A DNA stretch of 63,747 nucleotides, filler included, from Sphacelaria rigidula (Eukaryota), in NCBI GenBank assembly GCA_964200075.2. It is 7 parts of 7 records of this genome, joined end to end, with 100 filler letters (N's around TTAATTAATTAA, not from the genome) between each part and the next. Parts side by side here need not be neighbours in the genome. Positions count along the whole stretch, not along the records: positions 36,487 to 45,507 come from CAXNAA020009490.1; positions 45,608 to 54,627 come from CAXNAA020009491.1; 5 more parts are not named here. The stretch is one strand, 5' to 3'. Shown piece after piece: positions 38,040 through 50,779 of this stretch (positions are counted from its first letter, which is position 1; each line of letters begins with the position of its first letter). Below the pieces are notes generated by a model that was not told the DNA's origin, did not search any database, and saw only the letters and a program-made list of their open reading frames with translations. Position numbers and translations under genes: made by a program.

Positions 38040-40292
38040 CCTGAGAATGACGAATGAACGAACAGGTCCTCGGTCAATCCCGTGTGCGCTTGAACGCGTT
38101 GTTGGCTGTATTTATCCTACGTCACCTGAAGATGCGTGTCCACAGCGTTAGCGCAGCGGTTATTGCCAAACGACTGAGTTTGATCTTTGGGGTGCGCCCG
38201 TAACAGCTGGTACAGCTGTTCAGGTTGGGTTCATACGGCATACCGTACAGTCAACATGAAAGATCCGTACAGTCTATACATTTCATAGTATAACTGCGGA
38301 GGATTTGAAAGTTCAACTGACCGCACTGCGTCCATCACTCGGGTCCATGTCTTTGAAGAACTTGGCGATGTCATCAGTCAACTTTTCCCTGCCATGTCAA
38401 GCTACAACCAAGGGAAGGAAAGATAATGATGGCTCGGCCTGAAGACATCGTGCTACCCGCTTGCATTCATTTCACGGTTTACTGCATACCGTTTGGATAA
38501 CGATTGCCTCATGCTGCATCTGGGTAACAGCCAATGCAGTGATGCTTGGGGTGCATGTTGCATGACAGCGGTACCATATGTATATGCATTCAACAGGATA
38601 GTAGGTATTAAAAGTGCAATCCCCCGCCCCAAGTACTGTCATCGATCTGCTGCTATCCAACCTTGTTTTGCCTTGACACGTTGTAACCGAGAAGCGAACC
38701 GCCAAGCAGATAATGAGTGAAGCGCACGAAGGCGTAAACGGGGAAACATGATGTTACATGAAGCTAGGGGGGGGTATCATCTGCGACCACAAAAAAGACC
38801 ATGTTATGCTATGCTTGCTTACACGCGGTGGCAGGTCAAATATTTCGCACACAGCAATGAAAACGTTGGGGCGGCGTGGTCTCCCTTACGCCTAGAAAAA
38901 AGAACTTGCCCTCACGGATGAGTGCACAAGATCGAAATGTGAAAGCCGATCGTGAAAGGTGCTGTGAGATAAGACAGACAACTTGATGCTTGCTTTATAC
39001 ACCATACCACGGTTAATGCCAAGATGAAATGATTCTCTGCACCGTTGTGCTTTGCTGTATTCTTGGATGACATAGCTGTACGACGCCATTTCGTTGTGAA
39101 AATTGACCATGTTGACCACGAGGGTAGGTCACCTGCTGAGTCGGCATCAATATTCACTTGGGAAAAGATATGCATGGCGCAGAGTGACTACCCGCACTGC
39201 GGTCTAGAATTCACGACGCCGTACTGTGTTGCACTGTCTGAACTGCTGCTTACAATCCCCGTATCCGTTGGGCACACAAAATTGTATTGCTGCATTCACG
39301 TCTGGACTGAGTGGTGGTCAATGTGCAAACAGGCGCTCCTCCAACAACCGTCATATTTGGCACTGACAACTCTCCTGCTTCATGATTGCTCTTCACACGA
39401 ATTCTGCTTAATTGTTCCGCACTTGAAAAACAAAATAATAGGCATATCGCACCACTGTCTAGGTTGTTTCTGACAAAAATAATCCTGGTTTTGTTCGCAA
39501 TTCATAATGCTGTAACCACACGCTCGAGGTGCGCCGCTGGATAGGCTAATGCTAGACTTGTTCACAACTGACGCTGCTGTTGCTATACGCTATGATTTTT
39601 TGAGTTTCACACAGCCGACTGAAATGGAACCACGGTACAATATGCTGCCCCACACATACTCAAACTCGACAAGACCCGCTGGATTAAAAACCGCTTGTGT
39701 CTCCGCACATTGAGTTGCGATAGCACCCTTGGTTTTACGACATGTAACCATTATAGTTATTGCGATGCTGTTACAATATGGCTGTACAGGATGACGGTAC
39801 TGCCTGTTTACAGCCTGCACCATCTTCTCGATGAAATCCTTGACTTTGTACTCAGTCTAACAGTGTATGAGTAATATGTTTTTACTGTGGGAACAAAACT
39901 GTTCCGAATCACCACCGAATATCAAATGTCGGACTATGCATACGGAAGAACCTTTGCCGTGTACTGTACCGTTAATTCGAGGCTATATACTGTGGGGACA
40001 CATGAGGTAGTGATGGCAGTGTTGCCTGAGTGAAACTACTGAACGCGATATCAACCAGCAGGTGAGAGTTAACAAACTGCTTGTAGAAGAGATACACAGG
40101 GCTATCGAGATGTTGTTGGCTACAATTAGTACCGAGTACATACAACATCATGTATAAACGTTTTGGAACGCGAACCACTTGCTCGAGTATCTCATGCATG
40201 ACCACGTATGCAACGGTGAAAGAATGTCATTTTACTCTATGCTTCGCAAATTCACGAAACTGCTTGTGTGACCGTAATACCATACTGGTTGT

Positions 40293-41090
40293 GCATACAT
40301 GCTACAAGGCACGATACGATGTGAGCCGCTTCGTCGTGAACGGAAATTGCGAAGCTTGAATCAACATGGGGTATTTACCCTACCCCGGTCAGGGGGGGAG
40401 CAGATCATTGATGCGTTAAATGTGTGCTATTATCATGGAAATTAAATTTCACTTCAACGTGGTTCCCCCTGACTGATAGTTTTGCCCTTGGTGGATAGCT
40501 CCAAAGGGTATGGGCGAGTCATATATGCTTGAGAACTTCGGGGCTATGTGATGTCTGCTCCGATTTTGAAGAAATTAGACCAAATCATGTGCTTTGACTT
40601 TACTTCACGACTTTCAATACATGGGTGATTGTTTCCGTGTGCACCTACTAACCGCATCTCGTACATGATCGTGTATGTAACTGATAGAGAATGACATTGT
40701 TACGCTGCCGTCCGCTAATGCACGGAAATCTGATTGTCTAGCTGTAATGTCATACTGTCTGCATACATGCCACCAGGCACGGTACCGATTAGCCGTGAAT
40801 ATAAATTGCGAGGCTTGAATGAACGAAACATGAGGTATTCACCCTACCCCCTGGTCAGGGGGGGCAAATCATTAATGCTCGAAATGCTTTATTGTCATGG
40901 ACAATGGATGTAACCTCTACGTGGCTCCCCCTGTTTGATCGTTTGCGCCCTTGGTAGATATCTTCAAAGAGATTATGCGAGCCATGCATGCGTAAAACAA
41001 GTGGAGAGTTATGTGAAAACCCAACCATGCACTTCTAGCTTACCATTCGACTGTGAATATGTGGATGTTTGTTTCTAGGTGCACTATTGA
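40293..41090. repeat. Old tandem duplication (~470-bp period)
   Basis: GCATACATGC...CCCTACCCC(CT)GGTCAGGGGG...CCCTTGGT twice, diverged. Confidence 0.65.
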
Positions 41091-41327
41091 ACATACCATT
41101 ATTTATTATTTGATTGATATTACCCGCAGCGGTGGGTCACAGGACTGCATGAAGCGTGCAACAGTTGCTCGTCAACAATTATTGTTGGTGGCCGCCTGCC
41201 GATTTCTGTGTAGCCACTCATGAATGTGATAATCAACCCTGATCCACAACGATTGAGCGGCTATGAGTGAAGCTGCATGCTATTGTGTGCATGAGGCCAC
41301 CAGGCGGATGCTCCGTCAGTTCCCGTT

Positions 41328-41463
41328 GACCGTCTATACTCGTGCACACTCCGACAATTAATTCGAAGATGACCGTCTACTTGTGCACGCTCTGACAATC
41401 CATTCGAAGATGACCGTCTACATGCGCGTGCTCCGACAATCAATTCGAAGATGACCGTCTACC
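41328..41463. repeat. 41-bp tandem repeat x3
   Basis: ATTCGAAGATGACCGTCTAC repeated. Confidence 0.85.
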
Positions 41464-41817
41464 TGTCTGCGCGCTATGACCGTCCCGGGGGCAAGGCTAC
41501 ATTCTTCTGGTCTTGGGAGTCCATGGGTTCCACACATTCCTTTGCCGAGATTTACACCGGAAATAATCTGATGAAAGTTGTTGGCTTGTAATGAACGACT
41601 CGTGTGTTTATCGTGGAGACTGTGCAAGTTGCCAACATACAAGTCGGACATCGAATGGATGAATGAGAAAGTTATATGAACCAAATATATATATATATAT
41701 ATATTTACCAAATATATATATATATATATATATATTTGGTTGCACCATACAGCGAACAAGCAGGATTTGATTGCATACAGGAAAATGGGCGAGGATGAAG
41801 GCTCAAGATGTCAAGAC

Positions 41818-42595
41818 CATGTTTTTTCGAACAGGTGACAGGGGGCCAGGAGTTTCCCTTGCGCGTGCGAACAGGTTGATAGAGATCCAGGATTTCCCAT
41901 GTGTTTTCGAACGGTTAACAGGGGAGCCAGGATTTCCCATGTGTTTTCGAACAGGTTGACAGGGGGCCAGGAGTTTCTCTTGTGCGTGCGAACAGGTTGG
42001 CAGAGATCCAGGACTTTCTATATGTTTTCGAACAGGTTGATAGGGGAGCTAGGATTTCCCATGTGTTTTCGAACAGGTTGACAGGGAGCCAGGAGTTTTC
42101 CATGCGCGTGTGAACACGTTGACAGGGCGCCAGGACTCCCCATGGGTTTTCGAACAGGTTGACAGGGGAGCCAGGAGTTTCCCTTGTGCGTGCGAACAAG
42201 TTGACAGAGATCCAGGATTTACCATGTGTTTTCGAGCAGGTTGACAGGGATCCAGAATTTCCCATATGCTTTCGAACAGGTTGACAGGGGAGCTAGGATT
42301 TCCCATCCTATTCGAACAGGTTGACAGGAATCCAGGATTCCCCATATGTTTTCGAACAGGTTGACAGGGGGCCAGGAGTTTCCCATGTGTTTTCGAGCAG
42401 GTTGACAGGGATCCAGGATTTCCCATGTGTTTTCGAGCAGGTTGACAGGGAGCCAGAATTTCCCATACGTTTTCGAACAGGTTGACAGGGGGGCCAGGAG
42501 TTTTCCATGCTGTCCAAACAGGTTGACAAGCCGCCACGATTTTCCCATTCTGTCCGAACAGGTTGACATGGAGTCAGAATTCCCTTGGGAGTCCA
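41818..42595. repeat. Minisatellite, 40-42-bp unit x ~19
   Basis: Consensus CGAACAGGTTGACAGGGGAGCCAGGATTTCCCATGTGTTTT. Confidence 0.95.
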
Positions 42596-43043
42596 TGAAT
42601 TCATACCTGGCTGTCCCCGACACGCGATACCCTGGCCAAATGCACACGCGTGAACCTGTTTTGTCCGATTATATTGCTGTCCCCTTCGTTCTCCTTCCCC
42701 TTTATTTGTTTTGTTCGCTATTATACTGGTGAAGCGCTGCTATTCATGTTACTGGTTCCATCGTTTCGCATGTCGTTGATGACTGAGAATGTTTCTTCCA
42801 GACACCGCCCTCGTGACTCTTGAATCATGAAGATTGTAATACACGCAATGGAGCATCCATAATTATTTTAATAGGTGTTTTTACATCTATGTGGCACGTG
42901 CGTGCAGGTTTAATGTGCCCATTGTCACATAGCTAACCCTAAATCGGTGAAAAATGAGTGGAAATCCCTTGAACCCTCGAGCCCAGCCCCTCTGCCCGGC
43001 GGGATCCGTCCAACAGCCTCCCGTCCAGCACCCATTTCCATTT

Positions 43044-43255
43044 TTTCGAGCCGGAGCACCGTTCCTACTCCTAATAGAGACACCTCCAACATTTTTGCGC
43101 TCAATACGTTTCTTCAGCAGCTCACTACGTTTTTTCCATACATTACACAACAACCTTTTACATATCTTATCCCCGTTCTGTTTCGCCGTCTCTGGCCACC
43201 ATCTATCTCCTAGTGTAAATATGGTCTTCTCCCCTTACTATCTACTGCATCAAAC
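43044..43255 (-). mobile_element. LINE 3'-region fragment lacking the extreme terminus
   Basis: Encodes LGDRWWPETAKQ...LCNVWKKR...NVGGVSIRSRNGAP. Confidence 0.75.
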
Positions 43256-44218
43256 GATTGCATACCACCTTTGTTCACGTCCCGGATTTCCCCCTCTGGC
43301 ACGTCCCGTTCCGTCCCGTTCGGGTAGGGGGGGGAGTGGTTCGTAGGTGTGCGGCTTTTTTTATCTCGTGCACCTCCGACATCCCTTCAAATCGTGAGAC
43401 AGTCGCGTACATATCAGGACGCAAACGGCGGTAAAAGGCGGGGGGAAAGAGGACTACGGGACCACAGTCTTTATCGCCCCCCATGCAGCGCTGTTCTCAA
43501 CTCCAGCTTGTAGCCGAAAGTCTGTGAAGCACCCGTCATGATCTTTTCGGTCGTGTCTCCTGGATCCCGAACCAGCGATCTTCCCGGCGTAGTGTCCGTG
43601 GGCAGCGCGGATGGGAGCAGTGTCAGCCCCACGTACACCTCGCCGCTGGTATCATACTGCCTGCAAAGGTGACATATGAGCACACGCGAGGTCGGGGTCA
43701 TTGGTGTAAGCTACATCTGGCACATCACATATAAGTCGCGAGTAATCAAATCCGATCCAGTACCTGCACGTCGGCCAAAGACGCGGACTAAGGACCGCGA
43801 TACCTCGAGCGAGTATTTGGTGCAGGATCCACACGTTTGGATACCCTAGTAGGTGGTAGCAACTGTCAAGGTCGTCTCGAAAATCAACCTCGACAGGCAT
43901 TGCCCCCTACACCCTGTGCAGGGTCCACCGTTGTACAGGGTTAATAAAACCTGACTCCTTGCACAAGATCTCATACTGTGCAGGGTCCGCACATTTGGAT
44001 ACCCTAGTAGGTGGTAGCACCTGCCAGGGTCGTCTCGAAAATCAATCTTGACAGGGTGCCGTCCCTTCGACCCTGCAGTTGTAGCCGAATGTCAACCCGT
44101 GAAAATTTTTCCGAAAATCCGGGGATAGGCAAATTGAAGCCCCGAATTGCCTTTTTTCCCTCTTTGCTGCCGGAAATTGATGAAATGTGGTGCATTGTGA
44201 TGCGGAAAGGTTTGTGTC

Positions 44219-44462
44219 GACACTTTCTACGATAGCCCCCCCCCCAAAACCAGCCAAAAGTGTCAGGAAAAACGTGGCCATACAGAGCCTAATGTTTGGG
44301 TTCAGGCTGCATGAAGCGACTCATATTGGCGACATTGGCTAGAACGAACCCAAACGTGGGAATTCCGAGCTGCTCGTTATGCTCGGCTTTTCCCGTTTCG
44401 ATTTACGTGAAGATTTTGCCTCCCAAAACCATGCCCTTCTGGGGGGGGGGCTAGAAAGTGTC
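44219..44462. mobile_element. MITE family B, empty copy
   Basis: GACACTTTCTACGATAGCCCC...GGGGCTAGAAAGTGTC. Confidence 0.75.
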
Positions 44463-44480
44463 TGCTAAAGCAAAAGATCT

Positions 44481-45165
44481 GGAACGTTCCAGGTGTTCCA
44501 TTTTCGTAGTCATTGTCGACTTCTGGTGAAAAATGAGTGACTGGGGGGCATCACTCGACGTGCGTCATAGTACCTTAATCGTCATTAATGAACATTAGAT
44601 TTTGTGAGATTACTGTCAAAACGTATTTCGATGGGTTAAGAGAGAAAGAAGAAAATGATTTCATCGGGTACGGCGTTGCCAAAATCTGACTTAAAGGCCA
44701 GATTTGTTCCGAAAACTAGGGGATGGGATATTTTCATCCCCGTATTATTTATTTATTTTTGATTCAAAACGAGCCGCACTAATCTCATGAGCATTTGTTC
44801 CAAAGGGGAACGTCTGAGACGTCCCAGCTCTCCCATTTTCGTAATTATGAGCTCTATCGATTTCTGGTGAAAAATGAGTGATATGGGGGCATCCCGCAAC
44901 TCGCGTCATAGAGTACCTTAATCGTAACCGTAAATACCAAACTCTGGGAAATTCCTGTCAAAACGTAGTTCAATGGGTTGAAAAAAAAAAACGTATATAT
45001 AAATTCGAGTATGGGGGAGTTCAACAACCACTTAATTAGGAAATATTTTTCATAACCCAGCATATAGGCGATTTTCATCCCCGCATTCAATGGTTTATCA
45101 TTTTTTTTCAAACGGACTGCACTAATCTCATGAACATTTGTATCAACGGAAAAGGTCTGAGACAT
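44481..45165. repeat. Tandem duplication (~330-340-bp unit x2)
   Basis: TTCTGGTGAAAAATGAGTGA and CACTAATCTCATGA each occur twice. Confidence 0.75.
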
Positions 45166-45507
45166 CTAAGGTCGCGAGACATCAACTGCTGCGTAAAGTG
45201 TACCGTGATTGAAACAGGGGGTGTTTCGGCCGCATTCTTCACGTCAGTAGAGCCATACTCCACATCTACTCCTGTAACTTGGTTCGATTATTTTTCGATT
45301 TTGAAAAGCTCAGGTGATGGAGGAATAAATTGTCTATATCCGGATACTCTGGGCATTGTTTTACGTGTCGTGGTTCCCACGAACCAGAGTTTTTCCCGTC
45401 AGGTGCCTTAAGCGCACCTTAATTGGTACATTTACCTCTACATCCACGGGTGGCCACTGGGGTGCCTGCAACCTCAAATTGGACGTTACAGACCTTGCAC
45501 AAGGTCT

Positions 45508-45607
45508 NNNNNNNNNNNNNNNNNNNNNNNNNNNNNNNNNNNNNNNNNNNNTTAATTAATTAANNNNNNNNNNNNNNNNNNNNNNNNNNNNNNNNNNNNN
45601 NNNNNNN
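45508..45607. other. Contig-join spacer
   Basis: N44-TTAATTAATTAA-N44. Confidence 0.98.
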
Positions 45608-46838
45608 AAGCGCGCAAAAAAAACGATAACCCGGTTGCCTAGCTTACGCAGTGAGTGGCTTGTTTTATGGCGCCATCGCCAACCGACGCCAACCCCATCG
45701 GGGGTCCGCCCCTACAGAGCCGGGACGGAGCACACCGGGATTTCGCCGGACCAGGCTGGCCGCCGAAGGGGGGGGTGGGGGGGGGGGGCATGGGATCTGA
45801 GATTGTTATTGGGCACCCTTGGGAGAACTAGTATGTACTCTATTTGGTGGTCCTCTCTCGATTGTTTCACAAGTTTCATTTATGGCGACCTCGTGACACA
45901 GAGACGACGTGCATTTCTTTTCCTCTTGCTGAGGGGAGCATGTAGCATGATTGAAGCGAAGCGACATGCTACAAAATGAAAAGACACTAGGTAGTACTCC
46001 CGTCTTGCTACGCTTACCGCGAGGTTGGAGCTGTGAGACTTCATTCTTCCACCCAGAACACCCTCACGCCCAAAACGCTCTGCGCGATCCCTCGTCGTCC
46101 CATTTGTCCACGTTGAGGTGAACACATGGTAGGCACGCCTTGTCCGCGAGGTATCGCAGCCTTCCCGTCTTAGCCGCCTTTGTCACCGAGTACGTCTCGA
46201 GGAGTACATGTTACACCCCTTTCGCACTGAGATGCGGCGTCGGTTCTGACCTGCCTTCGGGGTTCATCATTATCGCTGCGTGGTAGTGGCGCACGTCCTC
46301 GTCCTCGACATATGTGGACGGCAGGAACCTCTTCACCAGAACGCGTGCTTACATCACGTACGTCAGTTCGACACAGAGAGATGTAATTGGAAGAGAAAGC
46401 GCTAATGTCATATTCGAGAAGAAACGGGAAATGGTGCGGCTACCAAGCTGCTACATCAAATTAAAAGCGGGGGCCTATTCCACGAAAACGGCACGAGGCG
46501 ATGACAATTTTGCACTGTACTGCAGTAAGGTGCGGTACGACTGTATCAAGTACTACCATCGCTGTACACTACAGTGTATCTGGAACATACATACTGCGGT
46601 ATCACCCCAGTGCACAGAGCACTTCAACGTACCCAGCAGCTGCAGCAGGGCTGCTATAAACCGCACCGTACATTCGTACTCCAGCACTCGTGCCCACCAC
46701 AGTACAGTACAATAAATTGCACACATAGTTCTCATCGATACCACTTACACTCGTTCGAGTATACAAACACAGATTCGTGAAATTTGAATTTTGAATTTTT
46801 GAATTTTTGAATTTGAAATCTGTGCACAGGCACACTAC

Positions 46839-47045
46839 TGTCGTGCGTGAGAGGACCGCGTGCTCAGAGGACCGCATCGGCGTTTGAATATCCGCATGGT
46901 TAGAGTTACGGTTACGGTTAGTGTCGGGGTTAGGGCCAGGGGCGTGGTCCCTGCGGGGACTGGCCCGATTGGTTTTTGAAAAACGTCGGTCCTGAGGTGT
47001 TTCGAAATGCGGTCCTCTAAGCACGCGGTCCTCTCACACATTACA
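46839..47045. mobile_element. 207-bp MITE with TGT...ACA ends and 4-bp TSD (CTAC)
   Basis: TIR core GTGAGAGGACCGCGTGCT(C/T)AGAGGACCGCAT. CTAC at 46835-46838 and 47046-47049. Confidence 0.75.
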
Positions 47046-47468
47046 CTACCGTAGTGTTGTCAGGTATTGTAAGAATAATATACAGTCAGTACAGTGACGC
47101 TCCCTGGTCGGAGTTTCAAACCCAGTTTATCACACAATGCGACATTCCGACAGCACCACTGTAGCGTAGCGTGTTTGGTGGTATTCACAGCTGACACTGG
47201 CAACGGTAGTACAGCACGTTATCGGAGGTACCGCATCCCAAAAACACACACACACATGGTGTGTTCTCGTGCAAATACCATTTCAAGAACCTGGTACTAC
47301 AAACGTACAACCGCAGTGCAATGGTCAACACAGACCGCACAGCCCGAGTTCTGCACTGGCACTTGTAATTTTACATATGCTCACACAAATGCAAGTATTT
47401 TTGCTGTATCACGGAGCAGTACCGCTGCATTTCATGTACACATACAACAATATAGGCAGTATAATCAA

Positions 47469-47553
47469 GTGTGTGTGTTGTCGTGTAATCTTTTCTGGAC
47501 GCCGGTCTACACCTTCCGGAATATGTGGCCGCACACAGGGGGAAGGCCAACAC
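47469..47553 (-). mobile_element. SINE family 1, 3' fragment
   Basis: (TG)n followed by TTCTGGACGCCGGTCTACACCTTCCGG. Confidence 0.65.
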
Positions 47554-48616
47554 GTCAGCAACAGACAGTATTTTTGGTTGAATCACAAGCAGTACGTCTA
47601 CATTTCATATACACATACCTATGTCGTCCCATCTTGAAGAAGTTGGAACTCGTGGCAGCTCCCCGCCTGTCGCAAGCCTCTGCCTTGGTTGCCTTGGTTG
47701 ACTGCAGCCCGTGCGTGTTGAGATGCCTGATCCAGTTGGTGTTGGCCCCACTCCACGTCCTCACTTCCAACTCCTCTTCGCACTCGGCATTGGCGAGACA
47801 AATCCTCGCCTCCTGCCGTGTGTCGACGTGAATGGCCTTGACCCCCGCGAACCAAACCAGCGATGTCGCGCCAAGAGGTATATCTACCTTGAGGTACCCG
47901 TGTGGGGGCGAAAACTCCTGAACACGTTGCCACACATCCTCAGGCACGCCGGTCGGACAAAGTACCGTCTTCACCTTGCCTGGCGGCGTCGAACCTTTTG
48001 GACGGGACGCGCTGCCTCTAAGCCCACCTGCTTTGGCCTTCGGTCCAGTTTCCTTTTTTTTGTTTCCCGCAGCAGCGGATTCGGCTGCGCTCGACGCGGG
48101 GACCCAATCGGGAGCAGCCCCTTGGCGTAAAAACGAGTCGATACTTACCTGCGCTGAGCGGGCGCGTAAAGGCTTGTTGGTGCCATCGCCGTCCACCTCC
48201 TGGATGACCACCTCCACAACCTCATCGTCACCACACAATGTACTGTTGGGCGTCGTCTTTTCCGACGTCGTCAGCTCACCCGCGGTTGCTGGTTCGCCAG
48301 CATCTACACTTGTAGAAGGGGGGTTGCTCGTTGGTCGGCACCAAACGGCACTGCTATTGAATGTGAATGTACACATACTTGTCTACTCGACAGATATTCT
48401 ACGCCGCTTCAGGTTAAGTTTGGTCTCTGTGTGTGTGACGGGGCGGGGGGGTGGGGGGCAGGAGCTTGGATAAAATGAAACAAGCTTTGGAGCTTGACGC
48501 CTGCACATGTGCAGATATGCAAATGAACTTGAAGATTCTTGGTTCAAGATCGTCAAAGAACTCATTACAGTTATTTGCTCGTCGGAATGTTGACTCCTCC
48601 ACTGGAGTCCTTCATC

Positions 48617-48887
48617 ACGAGCAATGACTCGAGTGCTCGCTCTCTTAATTCGTTTCCACAACGAGAAATGACTCGAGTGCTCGCCCTCTCAATTTGTTTC
48701 CACAACGAGCAATGACTCGAGTGCTCCCCCTGATAATTTTTTCCACAACGAGCAATGACTCGAGTGCTCGCCCCATTGGAGTTTTCCACAAGCAATGACT
48801 CGAGTGCTCGCCTTATTCATTTTGATGGCCAACGATCAGCCCAACGAGTGCGAGTGCCACGAGTCACGCTAGTGCTCGTCCGACGTA
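48617..48887. repeat. Subterminal repeat array (~43-bp period x5) and probable 5' end of hAT element
   Basis: TTCCACAACGAGCAATGACTCGAGTGCTCGC repeated. Terminus reads TACGTCGGACGAGCAC on the minus strand. Confidence 0.75.
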
Positions 48888-49500
48888 TGCAATTTTTACG
48901 AGTCCAACTACAAACCCTATGTGAACGTTTGTGGATATGTTCGCTAAAGTGTCCCGTGCCAAATACAACATCCGAGCTTGATTTAGTTGAGTGTAGAAGG
49001 CATTATTCCACGTGAAAAGAGCGCTGTTCATCAGTTTATCGAGTTTCGAAACGAAGTTGTACAAAATGTTATTTGACTAGCCCCCGACGAGCGCCTTAAT
49101 ATTCTTTGCTTGGACACATTCAATGCAGGCTTGAGGGGGTCTCGACGCCTGAACCTGCGGAAGCTGGTGAGAGCGGAGCAACTTCGGAAGTTCGTCGACA
49201 ATCCATTTTTTTCCTTTTGGAGCACCAATACCCAACGAACTGCCACGTTTCAGGGCGATCAGAGCATTGGTGTGACAGATGCAAGCGAAATCATCCAGAG
49301 GCATCTCAAAAGTAGAAATCCAGCGACGCTACAACCCCACATAACGGAGATTCGAGGGGTTTGGGCATCCGATCCCATAGTTACCGTTTTTGAATGTGTT
49401 TTTTTCTTGTAGAGTCATAAGCTGATGGTGGACACTACGAACTGAAGCACGTGAAGAGTGAGGATAAATTGAGTTTCATTTATGTGCTAGTTGTGTTACA

Positions 49501-49783
49501 TGTCGCACTCCGAACCCCCCCTGGTGGGGAAGAGTCTGTGGCCTCAAGAAATCAATTCCTTTCTTCGTAGCACACGCCTTGCATTTTGGTCTCGCGGATT
49601 GGTTGAGCAATCCCGCACTGCAACAACTGTCGTCCAATTAACTCAGTCGAGCCCACGTACCCACGCTTTCGACGGCGGAAATCAGATACATGAAGGAAAA
49701 GACCCGATGCATCGGGAATCGAACCCATGATCTCTCCACTCTAGCGGTCACAGTCGGATAGTTGCGCCTCAAGGGCGCGGCGG
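49501..49783 (-). mobile_element. Candidate tRNA-derived SINE family 2
   Basis: Perfect B-box GGTTCGATTCC (49715-49725) and weak A-box. 3' end shared with 59027-59044. Confidence 0.5.
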
Positions 49784-50057
49784 TGTGTGAGAAAGTCAAA
49801 TATTTGATTTGAGAGCAATTTGGATGCCGCTGATTGATCAAGGCACAATTTTGCCCCCTAGCACCACCACTACGACCTTGAACAATACTCCGGCTTTGTC
49901 ACTTTCTTCATTTTTCCATGGGCAGTGTGATGCCATGTATGCAAATGTTCGCTGAGGGCTGCGAAAGGGATTTGCTGATGAGTGTATCTGGGGTATTAAC
50001 CTCGAAGCGGCCTGTACGGTTAGTCATATTCACTAGTCCTGGCCAACCACCAAATTG

Positions 50058-50779
50058 TTCACATGTCGGACAGATCAAATCCGTGTAGCTCGAGCTAGCT
50101 CTTATTCTGCGTAGCTCCATTATGAGCTATGAGAGCTACATGAGCTACGCATGGTTGCCCTGGGTACGCTACGACAGCTGCATGAGCTGCAAATGTTTGC
50201 CCTACGTGAGCTACCAAACCGTAGCTCATTAGCTCATTTTCGTCCTGAGTGACCTATAGGAGCTGTATGAGCTACACACGTTTGCCATAGGTGAGCCACC
50301 AAGCCGTAGATTATCAGCTCATATTCGTCCTGGGTGAGCTATGAGAGCTGCATGAGCTACGCATGTTTACCCTGGATAAGGTATGAGAGATACATGAACT
50401 GCACATGTTTGCCCTGGATGAGCTATGAGACATGCATGAACGGCACATGTTTGCCTTGGGTAAGCTATTGAGTGAGCTATGAAATATGCATGAGCTACAC
50501 ATGTTTGCCCGGGATAAGCTATGAAAGCTACATGAGCTACACATGTTTGTCCTACGTGAGCTACCAACCCGTAGCTCATCAGCTCATAATCGTCCTGGGT
50601 GAGCTTTGAGAGCTGCATGAGCTACGCATGTTTGTCCTGGGCGAGCTGCCAACCCGTAGCTCATCAGCTCTTATTCGTCCTAGGTGAGCTATCGGACGTA
50701 GCTCACACATGTACATGTTCGACTACAAGTGAACTACGGCCAGCAGATGAGCTAGCTCATGACCTGTCCGACGTGTGAA
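50058..50779. mobile_element. Non-autonomous TIR element filled with GAGCTA-motif repeats
   Basis: TIR TTCACATGTCGGACAGATCA / TGACCTGTCCGACGTGTGAA. Interior is a degenerate ~44-bp array. Confidence 0.7.

Larger units (their letters stand above)
46018..48376 (-). pseudogene. hAT-family transposase, spliced, decayed (BED finger exon ~47619-48350; catalytic-start exon ~46018-46370)
   Basis: BED-like W..C....C..TNWIRHLNTH. FLPSTYVEDED and HLNVDKWDD...GVRVFWV match hAT motifs. Stop at 46211-46213 plus a frameshift. Confidence 0.72.

Noticed and set aside
38320-39860. Short minus-strand exon-like pieces (EKLTDDIAKFFKDMDP; TEYKVKDFIEKMVQA)
   Set aside because: Too short to assign and no consistent gene model
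41818-42595. Possible CRISPR array or repeat-protein ORFs
   Set aside because: No unique spacers, unit length not a multiple of three, eukaryotic context, no cas genes
43275-43900. Coding-looking minus-strand ORF fragments
   Set aside because: Frameshifted, no recognisable domain
48617-48815. True CRISPR array
   Set aside because: Linkers only ~13 nt and similar to each other. Position fits hAT subterminal repeats.
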